From the NCBI GenBank assembly GCA_951406725.2, contig OX597818.1:90334001-90398000 (forward strand): DNA of 64,000 nt. The letters run 5' to 3'. The notes beneath the pieces were generated by a model. That model was not told the origin of the DNA. It did not search any database and worked only from the letters and a program-made list of their open reading frames with translations. Origin of the DNA: Octopus vulgaris. Taxonomy: Eukaryota. Both the position numbers and the translations under genes were made by a program. Below are positions 1-12,993 of this stretch, one piece after another (position 1 is the first letter of the stretch; each line of letters starts with the position of its first letter).

Positions 1-238
1 GCTATTTCTCAGATCACGTGCCAGTTATATAAATCATGTTCATGCTCGTATCCATATTGCTTTTGATGGCATGAGGACTCACATGTGGAATCACCAGGTG
101 AAGTGAATGAATTGTAAACATTGGAGAATAATAGTAATGGTAATGAGAGTGTGTTGTTGATTGTCTATTTGGTTGGACTATTTTTTTCTGTCTTCTCGCT
201 GAACACAATACGTTGTCTTCGACGGGAGAGTCCGTCGT

Positions 239-292
<54 letters not shown>

Positions 293-395
293 TTGCATGT
301 GTGTGTGTGTATCTGTGTTAGAGTCAAGTGTTCTCTCTATAGAATACACTTTGAAGTGCTCAAGAGATTTGAACTTGAGCTGGTAGATGAATAAA

Positions 396-846
396 TGAGA
401 AGCAAGTTAGGCAAGTCAATTTACACACAATATTAAATACAATAAATAGAGAAAATGGACATGTGTATAGATATAAAATAGTTCGACTTACAGAATAGGA
501 ATGATAACAGGAGTTAAATGGGTAGAGTTTTACGAGTTCAACAGCTGTTTGGGGGGCTTCGTGGTCCATCTTTAAACTCCAAGTTGTCAACACTTCAAAT
601 GTAAAATCCTCCCCTGAAGACGGAGACGATGTTACCCTATCATAGATTCAAGTAACTGTCATTATTTCGAACCACCAAGACCCCAGAAACAACTGTTGGA
701 GTCTTAAAACTCTACCCATTAACTCCTGATATCACTTACCATATTTACCATAATCTGTAAGTCGGAGTATCTTATATCCATACACATGTACATTTTTTCT
801 TTGTATTTAATATTCTGTGTAAATGGACTTGCTTAACTTGCTTCTT
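396..846. repeat. Imperfect inverted repeat, arms about 396-566 and 672-846, probably Penelope-derived
   Basis: gagaagcaagttaggcaagtcaatttacacacaatattaaatacaa mirrors ttgtatttaatattctgtgtaaatggacttgcttaacttgcttct. Confidence 0.75.
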
Positions 847-916
847 ATTACATTTTCTTATATGTAAATAATATATATACATATTTTACATATATATATA
901 TGTGTGTGTGTGTGTA

Positions 917-950
<34 letters not shown>

Positions 951-1130
951 AGAGTTTACGAAAAAACAAAAGACAAAGACAGGTGGTGTACAAAACAAAC
1001 AAATGTATTAGTATAACGCTCAGGAATAGAAAAAGTCTTTTACGTTTCGAGCCTACGCTCTTCTACGGAAAGGGACACAGAAAAAACAAGGAGAGAAAAA
1101 AATGTGTGTAGTGGCTAACGATCTATCATG

Positions 1131-1182
<52 letters not shown>

Positions 1183-1231
1183 TAGGTATGTTAATGCAAT
1201 AGATAGTTATTGTTATCCATTTCCAGCTTAC

Positions 1232-1392
1232 CTTAAGAGTAACGTCCGGTTTTCGCAACCTGAAGTCTTCTTCCAAGACACAATACTGCATAGTCTCACT
1301 CACGAAAGTTACGGCAGTCAAATGGATACCACAGTGATCAACCATAGTTTTGTAGTAATCATTAAATGTAAGCAGTAATTCAGCAACTCCAT
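1232..1392 (-). CDS. Transglutaminase exon 13 (...NDYYKTMVDHCGI...EDFRLRKPDVTLK); gene continues beyond the window start
   Basis: DFRLRKP end-of-barrel-1 motif; cag| and |gtaagc; 161 nt; ends in a donor with no stop. Confidence 0.9.
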
Positions 1393-1568
1393 CTGCAAAA
1401 GACGACGAGAATCAGTATTCTGTTGACTATTTTCAGGTTAACGCTCAGTCACCATTTCATGCAGATTTATAGAGATGGAATGGCCGCAACCGAAATGCAG
1501 TTCATCGTTGTGCTGTTCGATCGAGTGTGATCCAAGTGATATAAGAAAGAAGTATTGTAAACACTTAC

Positions 1569-1767
1569 TTGATTTAGGCTGAACAGTGCAGTTGATCTTG
1601 GATTTGTTTATGTCCTTTGCTTTGACACCAGTATAGAAGACAGAAACGGCGGAAATGCTGCCACCAACATGTCGAACTTCATTTGAAGTGTTTTCCATCT
1701 TCAGCTTGACAAGGACATCAGAACCGAACATGGCATCAAAATCGACGTCTATTTCGAATTTCATGTC
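1569..1767 (-). CDS. Transglutaminase exon 12 (beta-barrel 1, DMKFEIDVDFDAMFGSDV...SVFYTGV...)
   Basis: YTGV motif of the C-terminal barrel; cag| and |gtaagt; 199 nt. Confidence 0.9.
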
Positions 1768-1873
1768 CTGTGTGTCAAACAGTACGTATATATATATATA
1801 AATATATATAATGGTAAGATATACATACGTATATATATTTTTGTATGTATATAAATATACACTCATATATGTC

Positions 1874-1944
<71 letters not shown>

Positions 1945-2037
1945 GTAATTATGTATATGTAAATACGTATATATAAATATATACATACATGCACGCACAC
2001 ACGTGTATATAATGACACGAATATCGTAATATATATG

Positions 2038-2253
2038 TACGAGGGGTACTTGAAAATTCCTGGTTTCGGGAAAAGAAAATACAGGAGGATAAGATAATTA
2101 TGGCTTTATTCAACGTGTTCCCCTCTCAGATTTACACACATATTGCAGTGATTCTTCAGTTTTTTGAGCCCTGTAAAAGAACTCGGAAGGCCGACCTCCA
2201 GCCAGGCGTTTCCAGAGATCCTTATAGCCAGGACTTTTCAGCACCCCTTCGTA
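2038..2253. mobile_element. Mariner-type MITE
   Basis: TIRs tacgaggggtacttgaaaattcctgg / ccaggacttttcagcaccccttcgta with TA ends. Confidence 0.75.
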
Positions 2254-2480
2254 ATGAGATGTCCCAAACAACCTTAATCTTTTTGCTACTTCAAACTTAA
2301 TCTATGCCTCAACACTTCAATGATTACTGCCTCATTGCAACCACCTAACACATTCACATATCATGCAGATCACATTGCTGTCGCATATGTTGACGATGAT
2401 CTTTTTGTCCCTCATTCCTCAACTTTGGCGTGCCCCGAACTTGACTTTTGTCTCCGCCTCTCATTCTTTAATACTTCGAT

Positions 2481-2887
2481 ACTCTTTTTTTTTACTCTTT
2501 TTTACTTGTTTCAGTCATTTGACTGTGGCCATGCTGGAGCACCGCTTTCAGTAGAGCAAATCGAACCCAGGACTTATTCTTTGGAAGCCTAGTACTTATT
2601 CTATCGATCTCTCTTGCCGAACCGCTAAGTTACGGGGACGTAAACACACCAGCCCCGGTTGTCAAGCGATGCTGGGGGGACAAACACAGACACACAAACA
2701 TATACACACACATACATATAAACATATATACGACGGGCTTCTTTCAGTTTCCGTCTACCAAATCCACTCACAAGGCTTTCGTCGGCCCGAGGCTATAGAA
2801 GACATTAGCCCAAGGTGCCACGCATTGGGAATGGACCCGGGACCATGTGGTTCGTAAGCAAGCTACTTACCACACAGCAACACCTAT
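2481..2887 (-). mobile_element. tRNA-derived SINE family 1 (LINE C-like 3' tail)
   Basis: Matches copies at 32854, 49946 and 53790; A/B-box-like head, internal microsatellite, GTAAAAGA tail. Confidence 0.85.
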
Positions 2888-3924
2888 GATTTGTTTGCTG
2901 TCACATCCAACAACACCCTTTCGTATGCATATGACACTATTCTTAATTCTTCCCTTATATTTCCTAGCTATGATCCTCAGGTGGACAGTTATTGCCTTTG
3001 TATTCCAACTAGGGTTTATATACATTGGTGTGAATTCATCCTGGTTTGAATGTTTTTAAGGCAACTTTTAAAACATTACTTTATTAAGATAGTGTTAATG
3101 TTCGCAGTTACATTGCATATCACTTTCATCATTGTCCTATCAATTTTTATTATTCTACTCAGTGGCTGTCTTGTCTCTGCAAGTGAATTTCCTCATGATA
3201 TCCTGTTTTCCAAATCTTTCTCTGTTTGTAGTTCCTGTTGAATTTGTAGAGCTTCATAATTGCAAGAAGCAGATCCAGTTTGACTCTATATGTAGAACAT
3301 AACTAATAAAGAAGTTTTCTGTATGAGATATAGTCGAGCTTACAGTAACATCTTTGCTCGCAATCTTATATTTTTTCTGTCATGTTTAATTGTAACAGCC
3401 CTATGTCGATGTTTATCAGTAATATCCATGTAACAAATTTGGGAATCACAATCACACCATACAGTTTGAGCTTCAAAGAAAGCTAATGAAAAGTGAGTTC
3501 TTAACGGTATTCTGCATTATCTTTCAAGTTGATGTTACGCCTCATACCCTTTAAATGTTTCCTGGCATAATAACGTAATACCAGATTGTCTGTTGACAAT
3601 CAAGACTTCCGATGAATAAAAACTAACAGTTATCAAAATTCTTAGAACTGTCTACTATGACTAAGTGAACAAGAAGTTTTAAAAATTAAGTTGTTTTGCT
3701 CGTAAATGAAACAAAGCTGATATGGAGTAGCTGATCCCTGGACTCGTACATATATCTATATTATATGATAGCATATTTACTCAGCAGGTTTGACTTTATG
3801 TTACTTAATGTTATTTGTACAGTGGCTTCATATATTGTACAGTAGCTTGATATGTTGGTCTAAGCTATGCTTGTTGCTTAGGTTGAATCTGTGAATCTGT
3901 GATTATCATTGTCTAATTGCTTAC

Positions 3925-4007
3925 CTGAGGACCCTGTTTGTAGGCATCCGTACGTATAGCTGCAGTATTGACAGCGCGTAATACCGCTGCACGTTCGGCT
4001 GCAGAAC
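3925..4007 (-). CDS. Transglutaminase exon 11 (GSAAERAAVLRAVNTAAIRTDAYKQGPQ)
   Basis: GS..ER motif continuing EG|S; cag| and |gtaagc; 83 nt; translated by hand. Confidence 0.9.
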
Positions 4008-5248
4008 CTGAATGTTGAAATAAATTAAAACTTTTAAGAGTTTGCTTGATAGTTCGTGTTTACAATCATGCAGTAGGCAACATAAAGCAGTAATCAGGTA
4101 ATGATGTTATGTAGTGTCTTAATATGAATCACATGTAGAGAAGTCTTATAAAAATACAGAATGTTATAAGATATTTTCGCTCTTGAATAAGTTACAAATC
4201 ATCGACAAACCTCTGTGCTAAAGAGAAACAGAATAATCAGCATTCGGACATACATTTTAAAATCTTCTTTGACCTGAAAGTTAATGATTATCATTAAATG
4301 TGCTTTCTACCAGTGTGGGTGCTAAGGTAGAGAAATTATCTCATCGATTTAACAAAATGCGTAAACACAAATGCGTAAACAGGATGCAACATTTGAGGTA
4401 GAATATAAATACACTTGAAACAAGAAATCCGACACACTATGGCTTATAGGAATTTCAGTAAAATACCTGTTCTTACAGTAACATGCATTGTTAAAAGTTA
4501 GTAGCAATGCGATGTAAAGGCTGTACAAATCAATGAACCGTGATGTGTGCTACTAGGTGCAGGTAGCATTAGTAAGGTACACTAAAGGGACCCGTGGAAA
4601 TTCCACCGAACGAAAACTTTTTAAGAGGAGTTATTCAAGAAAGGAAGAACAATTTGCATTTTTATTGCATACAAACCTTATTGTTGCTTTGCAATAAATG
4701 ATACAAAAGTATACAATAACAATCTATACAATACTTAATACACATCTCATTCCTTAATATTTAATTCTATTAAAACTGCAATATCAATATAAAATTGCAT
4801 ATTCCTTATTACACAATATTTTATCATTGTTAATTGCATTATATACAATTAATGACAAAAAGCGATGTAGAGAGTATACACTATCATTTTATTTATACGA
4901 TTAGATTCAGCTGCATTGCAATTAACAAAAAAATAACATCCACAGCTATATTAAGATAGGAGGCTGAATATGTGTAACAAACGTACACAAAATAAAATTA
5001 CGCATACATGTATGTATATATATATATATATATAAGAATATTTAAATAGGTGAACGAATTATCCTATGTTTATCGTCAGTATGGAAAATTTGTTTAACCG
5101 AAACCTGGGTAGCAAATTCACGTCAGAAACACGGTTGAAGCGACCTGTCCAAGAGTAGAAACTCCGGGTTCATGTGCAGAAATTTGTGTGTTGTATATGA
5201 ATAAATGAAAGAACGGAGTCGAACGAAGATGTTAACAAAATTCCTTTA

Positions 5249-5330
5249 CTCTCGACATATGTTTCGAAGACAACATGTTTTCATTCCAAAGGAATAAAGG
5301 GTGCATTATGCAATCTTCTCACCAGGAAAG
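5249..5330 (-). ncRNA. Hammerhead ribozyme motif with one core substitution
   Basis: ctttc-CTGGTGA-gaagat...gtcttc-GAAAC-atat-GTC-gagag. Confidence 0.55.
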
Positions 5331-5506
5331 AAAGGGAGCCTCTCTTGACGACAAGACAAACAAAAATTTCGATGACTGCCTACATGGTAAACAAAACAAA
5401 ACATGGTTTTTTTAAAAAACACTCATTATCGTTTTGTTTACCATGTAGGCACTCATCGAAATTTTTGTTTGTCTTGTTGTCGAGAGAGGCTCAATTCTTT
5501 CATTTA

Positions 5507-5565
<59 letters not shown>

Positions 5566-6684
5566 GTATATATACGTTTGTGTACACATGTATACATAAT
5601 TTTATTTTATGTACGTTCGTTACACATACTCAGCCTCCTATCTTTTTTCTTTTCCTTCCTTACGGAAAGTATTATTTCTCCCCCTATTCGTTACTTGTAT
5701 AGAGTCCTTTAACTTTGCGCGCCTCCCCGCTTTCTCTCACTCACCTCTTTCTCTCGCTAACTGTTACATATAAGATCCTTCCTTTTCGTTTTTCTTTCCC
5801 CCTCTCTGCGTTTAAAAATTTACTTCTCGTCTATATGTATACACCAAGTGATTTTTGCATGCGAGCATGATTGCGTGCATATGTATACATATGTATGTGT
5901 GTATTTGCGTGTATATTTACGTCTTACATATATATGTCTGCATATGTATGTAGTCTGTGTATATCCATCTGTGTATTTTGATGTATATATATATATTGAT
6001 GGTTTAGTATGCGTATATACTGTTGTAAAATATTTATTAATGCAGCGGGAAAATTTTAATTTTAATTTTTAATGTATTAATTGCATTAATCGAATTATAT
6101 TTCCTATATAATTATTTGCAATACGTATTTTGAATTCGCTTTTCGATTTAAGGGTTTTCCTCGATTTTTATAATAGGATGAATTTAAATTGAATCTATTT
6201 ATTTTGTTTATTTTGTTCATTGCACGCTTAAGACCGTTAATTGAAAGGACCAATGAAACAAATCCATTTTTAAAGGTGTATCCTTTAACTAGTTTTGACC
6301 ATATCGTTATTTCTGTCCTATTTTAACAAAACTGCCCGACGAACGGGAACGTGAAACTAAGTAACAGCTTTTGGCATATTTCTGCTGCTTCTAAAATAAA
6401 GCATATTACTCTACCTCTGGTATTTGAGTACTCTTTTTTTTATAGTTAGTTTCACATTTATGTGCTTCCTCTAGTGTATCCTGACAAACTACTTATTTGC
6501 TGATGACAGGAAATAGTGTATCCTGACAAACTAGTTTATTTGCTGATCCAGGAAATAGATGGTAAATGCTATTTTTCATTCCCTTTCGAAATTACACCTA
6601 ACAGTGGTTTGGATTTTAACTACTACTTCTAGCGGGTTAGATGTCGTATTATGGCCATCTCTTATGTGTTTAAATGCACACTGC

Positions 6685-6748
<64 letters not shown>

Positions 6749-6927
6749 ATAATTGAAGATTTGGAATCAACAAAAAGAAGTACGGTTGGATATTTTTGCC
6801 CCGGCAGGGAAACAGTTTTACGATCTAAGCCTGGAGAACTACATCGCGTAGAAACAATTGTAGTAATCGACCATAAATGTCCAAACGTACCCCTCATTGT
6901 TGACTATTTTTTTCATTTATATATATA

Positions 6928-6980
<53 letters not shown>

Positions 6981-7359
6981 CATGTATATATACATACATA
7001 CACATACATATACATACATGTATATATAATGTGGGCCTGTACAGCCAAAACAGACGCTGCATCACCATCAGAAGGTTTCACGATTTCTTTGGGCGCATAT
7101 CCATGGTCTCTCGAGAGCGACGGATGCCTACTATATACATATATATGTATGTATATATATATATATATGTATACATATATATATATGTATGTATATATAC
7201 ATATATGTATGTAGGTATGTGTATATACATGTATGTATGTATATATACATGTATGTATGTATGCGTATATACATGTATGTATGTATGTATATATACATGT
7301 ATGTATGCATGTATGCATGCATGCATGTATACATGTATGTATGTATGCATGCATGCATG

Positions 7360-7393
<34 letters not shown>

Positions 7394-7396
7394 GGC

Positions 7397-7436
<40 letters not shown>

Positions 7437-7568
7437 TATAGTTGACGTAATCATATTGATTGTAGTAATGAGCTGTATGGTTAGTAAGCCTGTAGCTATC
7501 AGTTGTGGTATAACCCATTCTGTATTTCAGCTTGAATGCCAGAACTGAAGAAGATTAAGCATTCTTAC

Positions 7569-7648
7569 CTTCTGCACATTTATATTCACAAGTGACGTCA
7601 TTCCTATCGTTCTTCAGCACAGCCTTGGTACTGATGTTTTTACCAATT
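7569..7648 (-). CDS. Transglutaminase exon 10 (IGKNISTKAVLKNDRNDVTCEYKCAE)
   Basis: IG..ISTKAV...R.D.T..YK..EG motif; cag| and |gtaaga; 80 nt. Confidence 0.93.
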
Positions 7649-7845
7649 CTGGGTAGATAAAAAAAAGAAATATAGAAAGAAAGAGAAACAGATGCCATCT
7701 CCAGTTTGTTGCAGTTAGAGAATTTTTTGAGCATCATCATCATAGTAATAATCTTACGATCATCGCCACCACCACCGTCTCCCATGATTATCTTCACCAC
7801 CATCAGAATCCTCCCCCACCACCACCATTACCATCCCCACCACTA

Positions 7846-7940
7846 CTACGACCACAGCAACCACGACCACAGCAACCACGACCACAGCAACCACGACCAC
7901 AGCAACCACGATCACAGCAACCACGATCACAGCAACCACT
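7846..7940. repeat. 15 bp minisatellite (ccacagcaaccacga)n in a CAT/CAC-rich tract
   Basis: About six units visible. Confidence 0.85.
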
Positions 7941-10480
7941 ACCATCATCCTCCTCATCATCAATTACATCATTAACATCACTATCACCACCACCTGGTCT
8001 TCACTCTCATCAACGGCATTACTACCCTAACTCAACCACCACCATCATCCTCACCCCCGTTCTCATCATCATCAGCATCTTCATCATTATCATCATCATC
8101 GTCGTCCTAATTATCATCATCACCACCGCCACTACATTCGGGGAGAGAAATCTAGAGTGAGTCGCGGTTTAGGTTCAACGTAAATTTGACCGCAATATTT
8201 CATTGTTTGCCGTTGAATTACTGAAACATTGGTTTATTTTGATTACATAATAAGGTGGGTGTAGGCCAAGAGAAGGATTAATGGTATATTGGATCATCCG
8301 AGGCTATTTACTGGACTTAATGCCAGCAATGAATTCGCAACAGATACTCAAAATACATTCAAATACTTCGAAGATTATTCACTGCAGTATAGATGGGGTG
8401 GTGGGGAACAAGCATAATTGTTTGAGCGTTGGACAAAGCATCATCTAACGTTTATTCCAGATCGCTGTTTTTAAGTTCAGCTTTACTGAAGTAAGGTTTG
8501 TTTTTCCTCTGTCAAGGGTCGATGAAAAAAAGTATCAGTCTAATGTTGAACTGGAGTTATTCGCAGAGCATCGGTAAAAACGTCATGCAGCATTTATTCT
8601 AAATCCTAGCTTCTGAGTTCAAATATGCAGAAATCAAATTTGTCTTTCATCCCCATACGAGTCATTAAATATAGTATAAGTATAAATGGTAGACAAGGAA
8701 AATAGTTTGAGTGTCGGACAGACGAGATGTTCAGTTGTTTGCGTTCTGAGTTCAATTCCTGCAGAGCTCTACTTGCTTGGTAGGTATAATTTGCCACCAC
8801 TTTTAATACTACTATCTGATACTTTTGGGTGCCTTTTGGGAAGGAGTCTGTTGAAAATATTCAGTTCTAGACTCCAGTTTGAGGACACTTCTCTCTCATC
8901 TACCAATCTAAGAAGCCCCGAAATTACCTATTGGTATTGCCCTTCCCTTCTGGATAAGCAATTAAAATAATTAAGGGCTTTATTTGGAAACAGTGCTAAG
9001 AATGAAGATATATATTTTGTAGATAAGGAGAAGTATGATTTTGTGGTGATCATAGTACCGGTCCCAAGATCGTTTGAAACTCAACTACACCAGCTTAGTC
9101 AAAGCAGAAATTGGAACCGAGTCGTGGAATTCATTTGCTGAGACGATATTACATCAACGAATACAAATTTGCGTGCTTGAGACTAAGCTAAATTTTTTGT
9201 TGCTGAGTAGATGGATGGTCAAGTATACTGCAGTCATGATCAACCTGTCTTCTATTTAGGTATAAGTGTATCTAGAGCTAAATAATGTGAGATTCTCTTT
9301 TTATGAGGGCTGTGTAGAAGATAACTGTTTTTCTTTCTGATCCGTTCTAATCTTAACAAATGAAGCAAAGATGTTGCTTCTCATTCGATCTATTTTATGA
9401 AGTTCTGTGGTCATTGTGATTAATCTGTCTAGAAGGATTAAGCTCAAAATCAATTACATTGTGATGGACTCTACCGTCGAAGATGATGTATGAGTGTTCA
9501 GTGTTTACTGAACGACCTGCACAAATGATTTGTTTATAGCGATCAGATGTTCTGTACATCAGCTCACTTTCTCCATCAAACTGGCGCTGCCTGTTCAGGT
9601 GCACAAATGTTCTACATATCAGATATCAATAATGATCGCAGAGCAGCGTGAAATGACATTTTTGCTCAAGAACACAACGCACTGCTTGGTCCAGGAATCG
9701 AAATCATGACCTAGCGATTGTGATTATAACACCCAGACCATTCGGCCAAACACAAAGTGTCAAACATTTAGGCCGAAACACAAATCTGGTTATTTCTGTC
9801 TTTCGTAGAAGAAATGAGTACTTTATTTAAGCTGTCTCAGCAAAGTACAGGCACTTTATCGAATCTTGTAATCTTAAATAATTCAAATTTCCTCAAGTGA
9901 GAAAGAAACAGAGTTCAAACGTACAATAAATGTTACCATGCGAAATTTGTACAAGTACTGCTATATGCATTTTATACTGTTTAATCAAAATTAGGATCGT
10001 ATAGGCAGATAGAAATATAATTGTGAAAACTTCATGCAGTCGATGCATCAAACCCCCAGAAAAGAGTCAGACGTCAACTACCTGTAGGAATTTAGTATTT
10101 GAGTACGGATGTTTACAGATTAAGTATCATAATTACTTTTAGCTTAGCACTTTTAGCTTAGCACTTTTAAGTTTGTGCTATTCTGCCGTGTAGCGAGATA
10201 AATATTTCTTATTGAAACTCAAACTTCTGAGTTACTGAAAACTATCAAGGCGAGAAATGTGCAAATCTTATTTATACTCATGTGTAAGTATTTAAGTCGA
10301 ATTTCTACAAAATAGGTAAAAAAATCGCCCAAGAAAGTTTACCTCAAACTCTCTGGTACTATATTGAATTCAGTCTTATCAAGAATAAAATGCATCCGCA
10401 AGGCTAGGGCAAGATAACAGACGAAATGTAAACTGATGTTTAAATACAATAATAATGGCAAAAGAAATAGGAATACTTAC

Positions 10481-10640
10481 TCGCCACTCTGTATATAACT
10501 CTTGTAATTTCCGTCCGGCATTAAGATCCAGCTAATCTTATCTGCGTTCACTTCGGCGAAGATGAATGGAGCATCGTACAAAGCAGTTGTATCTCCAGTC
10601 TTAATTGCTTTCACTGGACATGGACCGCAACAGTAAATTC
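10481..10640 (-). CDS. Transglutaminase exon 9 ([15 protein letters not shown]...[13 protein letters not shown]...)
   Basis: CGP..V.AIK.G and YD..F.FAEVNAD motifs; cag| and |gtaagt; 160 nt; translated by hand. Confidence 0.95.
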
Positions 10641-11568
10641 CTGTAATTACAACATGGGTATGTTATACATGCAGGCATAGAAAGAATTTTAAAAAGGAGG
10701 AAGAGGTTTAAGAGCAGTAGAGACAACATTTGAATGCCATAGGGCATCTCTCAGACCAAATCTGTTAAACAACTACAGTGAATATAAATACGACAATCAA
10801 TTGCTCAAAAGTGAAGAGAATAATATCCTACGAGTTGATAATGAATCGATGAAACAATACTCACTTCACGGTGAGCACCTATATGAACTCAGAGTTTCAG
10901 GGCTAGAGTACTTCAAAAAACATTTCGAACCCTGATATATCAGTACAAGTTGTAAATTTGCTGGCGTGCAAAACGCTTGATCTAGCCGAAATTTATTTTT
11001 ATACGTAGCAAAGAGTAACATCGTACCAATCATGAGCATATATCGAATATGGTGTTTTCCTGATGACCGAAGATAAAATGCTGAAGAAATGGGCTTTAGA
11101 AACGGATGCATAATAAAGCCTACTTGTTAATTAATAGAAATTTGTAATTGAGTATGAATGAATTGATGACTGGGTAATGAATTTATTGTGCTGAATCACC
11201 AACACAAGTTACTATTCAAAAGGAAACAACAAAATTATTATAGCAACGCTAAGGAACTTGTTAACAGTGACATCATGCACAATGGCAATACCAACAAAAA
11301 TGCAAAATGATGAACAAGCTTCTACTTATTAAATATAGCAACCAAAACTCAAATTACTCCTCAGCTCTCTCTTAGAAAAAACTGCATTGGATAATGTAGG
11401 TATACTTGGGGGTTTCTGCACATAGGAAATAGGTGAGATGATCCTCTGAGTGGAATGCATTTGATTACAGATCTACTTGATCAGAGCTCAGTTGTGCTCA
11501 TCAATAACAGCGACGAAGATGATAGGAAGAAAAGAGATGTCGCATATGGTATAGAGAAAAAAACTTAC

Positions 11569-11672
11569 CGTCACTGGTTTCTTGAGGAGTAGAATCACAG
11601 GCTTGCCAGCCACCGTAGCCGTCCTTCAAGTCAGGACGAGCCATATGAACCTCATTCCATACATGGAAGTTC
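11569..11672 (-). CDS. Transglutaminase exon 8, catalytic His and Asp (NFHVWNE...[11 protein letters not shown])
   Basis: NFHVWNE and WQ..DSTPQE motifs; cag| and |gtaag; 104 nt. Confidence 0.97.
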
Positions 11673-11846
11673 CTGAATAACAATTGGTTTTTTTTTGTTA
11701 ATAACATCAAGGGAGAGTGAGAGAGAGGTGAGAAAGAGAGGAAGAAGAAAGAAGAGAGCGATAATAGAAGAGAAAAAGAAGGGTGAAAAGAAACGGAAAA
11801 TATAAAGAAGATTGTGATGAGAGAATGAAACTGTATAACAAAGGTT

Positions 11847-11917
<71 letters not shown>

Positions 11918-12019
11918 GAGATTAAAAGAGTGGGCATAAGATACGAAAAGAGAAATAGAAAGAATCGATGGAGCGAAAGAGTTGATCGAAGCAATCTGCT
12001 TGTAAATTTGGAAACTTAC

Positions 12020-12158
12020 CAGACTGAATCCTCGTTCATATGTTCTTCGGGCTGTCCCAACTCATCATAGAAGTGATCAATTGTAACACTGACGTCTGTA
12101 TCATGAGCTGAACTAAAATTGGTGACGCTGCGAGCAGGTATTCCCAATGCACGAAGTG
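12020..12158 (-). CDS. Transglutaminase exon 7 ([22 protein letters not shown]...DSVW)
   Basis: [16 protein letters not shown] core motif; cag| and |gtaagt; 139 nt. Confidence 0.97.
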
Positions 12159-12444
12159 CTGTAAATGTGAGAGAATAAGTAAATAAATAATATATATATA
12201 TATAAATATATATAAATATATATATGTGTGTGTGTGAGTGTGTGTGCATGCATGTTTTGAATAGATATTTCTTCAGGGAAGGTAGTTTCCCTACAATGTA
12301 TTTAAAATGCAAAATTATATATTTATATACGTTTTGTAATTTTAATTTTGTTTGTGAAATGAAACAATTGTAGATGAATATGTTAACAAATTAATGAATT
12401 AATTTGTATAATAAATTAATTTCTAAATATTCTAAACCATCGCA

Positions 12445-12480
<36 letters not shown>

Positions 12481-12486
<6 letters not shown>

Positions 12487-12795
12487 GAAAAGAAACACCT
12501 ATTATCAATTCAAAATGAACAATTAAATTACACCATCTATAAAATCACATATAATAGAAATATTGAAATAATGAAATGTCAATGATTAAGTAAATTGCCA
12601 AAAAAAATTATAAAAAAGTATATAATTGTTATTCTACCAATTATATACGTTTTTATTATTTTTTTTTGCAATTTACTTAATCATTGAAATTTTATTGCTA
12701 TTTTAATTTCAATATTTCTATTATATGTAATTTTCTAGATGCTGTAATTTAGTCGTTCATTTTGAATTGATAAAAGGTGGGTTTTTTCTAATTTT
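12481..12795. repeat. AT-rich palindromic (foldback) element in (TA)n
   Basis: About 150 bp arms around a short loop near 12630. Confidence 0.8.
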
Positions 12796-12993
12796 TTTAT
12801 ATATATATTATGTTGTGTGGAATTTGATTTAGTATTTCTAAATTGAATTTTTTCCCTGTAAGTTTGGATTTATATTCCCTCAAATAATTATTATTATATA
12901 TATATATATATATATGTATGTATATATATATTAAATATATATATATATATTATATATATATATATATATGTATGTATATATATATTAAATATA

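Noticed and set aside
560-640. Possible next transglutaminase exon (VTSSPSSGEDFTFEV...) on the minus strand
   Set aside because: Phase 0 from the available AG hits a stop, no FTNPL-like motif follows, and the segment lies inside an inverted-repeat element
2950-3700. Possible ancient RTE-like LINE remnant (similar texture at about 8700-9350)
   Set aside because: Too decayed to read diagnostic motifs by eye
7706-7975. His-rich ORF (HSNHD)n
   Set aside because: Intronic 15 bp minisatellite in a CAT/CAC tract; no splice or start support
11058-11110. CTGATGA...GAAAC hammerhead candidate
   Set aside because: No helix II/III pairing and no GUH triplet in position
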